Source: Pseudogymnoascus verrucosus
Lineage: Eukaryota
Strand: one strand, 5' to 3'
DNA: 64,000 nucleotides
Assembly (NCBI GenBank): GCA_001662655.1
Contig: KV460259.1
Made by a program: the position numbers and the translations under genes. Shown in pieces: positions 63,575-64,000 of this stretch. Each line of letters starts with the position of its first letter. The stretch's first letter is position 1. The notes beneath the pieces were generated by a model, which ran no database searches, was not told the DNA's origin, and saw only the letters and a program-made list of their open reading frames with translations.

Positions 63575-64000
63575 ATGGACGACAGCTGGACCCGCCACTT
63601 CGACTCAAACACCCAGCTCTGGGCCTCCACCAACATATCCACAGGCGAAACAAAATACGAAGATGACGCCGAGGATCCCCAGCAACAAGAGGAACCCCCA
63701 CTAAACGACGAATACCGCCTCATCTCCATCGTGCGGCGCATCGGCGGTGACCCGGCCTTCAAGCACTGGGCCCTCTTCATCGAGGACAAAGACGGCGAAA
63801 GCGAGGGTTTTGAGTGCGAGATCGAGGGGTCGAGGAAACGGTTTACGTATGCGGAGAATCGGGCGAGTCCGAAGACGTCGGGGGGGACGTTGGATATGCA
63901 TCCTGTGGGTTATGTGGATACGGAGAATCTGGAGAGGGTTAGGGGGTTTGCGAGGGAGTCGAGGATACGGAATGAGGATGAGTGGTGGTGTTGTCAGGAT
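63575..64000 (+). CDS. Partial gene (runs off window): WW-like N-terminus plus DUF6540-like His...Cys domain
   Basis: Open for 142 codons from ACCATGG: MDDSWTRHFDSNTQLWASTNISTGETKYED...FKHWALFIEDKDG...IRNEDEWWCCQD. Absent from the ORF track because no stop falls in the window. Confidence 0.75.
   Translation, partial: MDDSWTRHFDSNTQLWASTNISTGETKYEDDAEDPQQQEEPPLNDEYRLISIVRRIGGDPAFKHWALFIEDKDGESEGFECEIEGSRKRFTYAENRASPKTSGGTLDMHPVGYVDTENLERVRGFARESRIRNEDEWWCCQD

Overview
Gene-dense, intron-containing fungal DNA (filamentous ascomycete, Pezizomycotina-type GT..CTRAC..YAG introns of about 45-60 nt; a finer taxonomic call is not supportable from the sequence alone). About 26 protein-coding genes can be supported. 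Conserved housekeeping genes are SPT8, a SAD-3/Hrr1 (ZNFX1-type) RNAi helicase, TCD1/2, serine O-succinyl/acetyltransferase (cys2/cysA), MTG1, a PPN2-like phosphoesterase, ISY1, a YSA1 Nudix hydrolase and an STL1-like transporter. Accessory genes include a redox group at the left end, a GH3 glucosidase, a Cys-rich secreted PAN-like protein, two methyltransferases, an epoxide hydrolase, and an F-box gene flanked by two His...Cys proteins at the right end. The most unusual signals are missing from the ORF track: (1) an apparently spliced minus-strand transcript divergent from ISY1, whose third intron holds a well-formed box C/D snoRNA candidate with no recognised target; (2) a three-intron ATG-free leader just downstream; (3) an RRM fused to the C-terminus of the SAD-3/Hrr1 helicase; (4) a WW-like domain fused to a His...Cys protein in a partial gene at the window end. 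No CRISPR, rRNA, tRNA or intact transposon was recognised. Exon coordinates were read by eye and may be off by a few nt.
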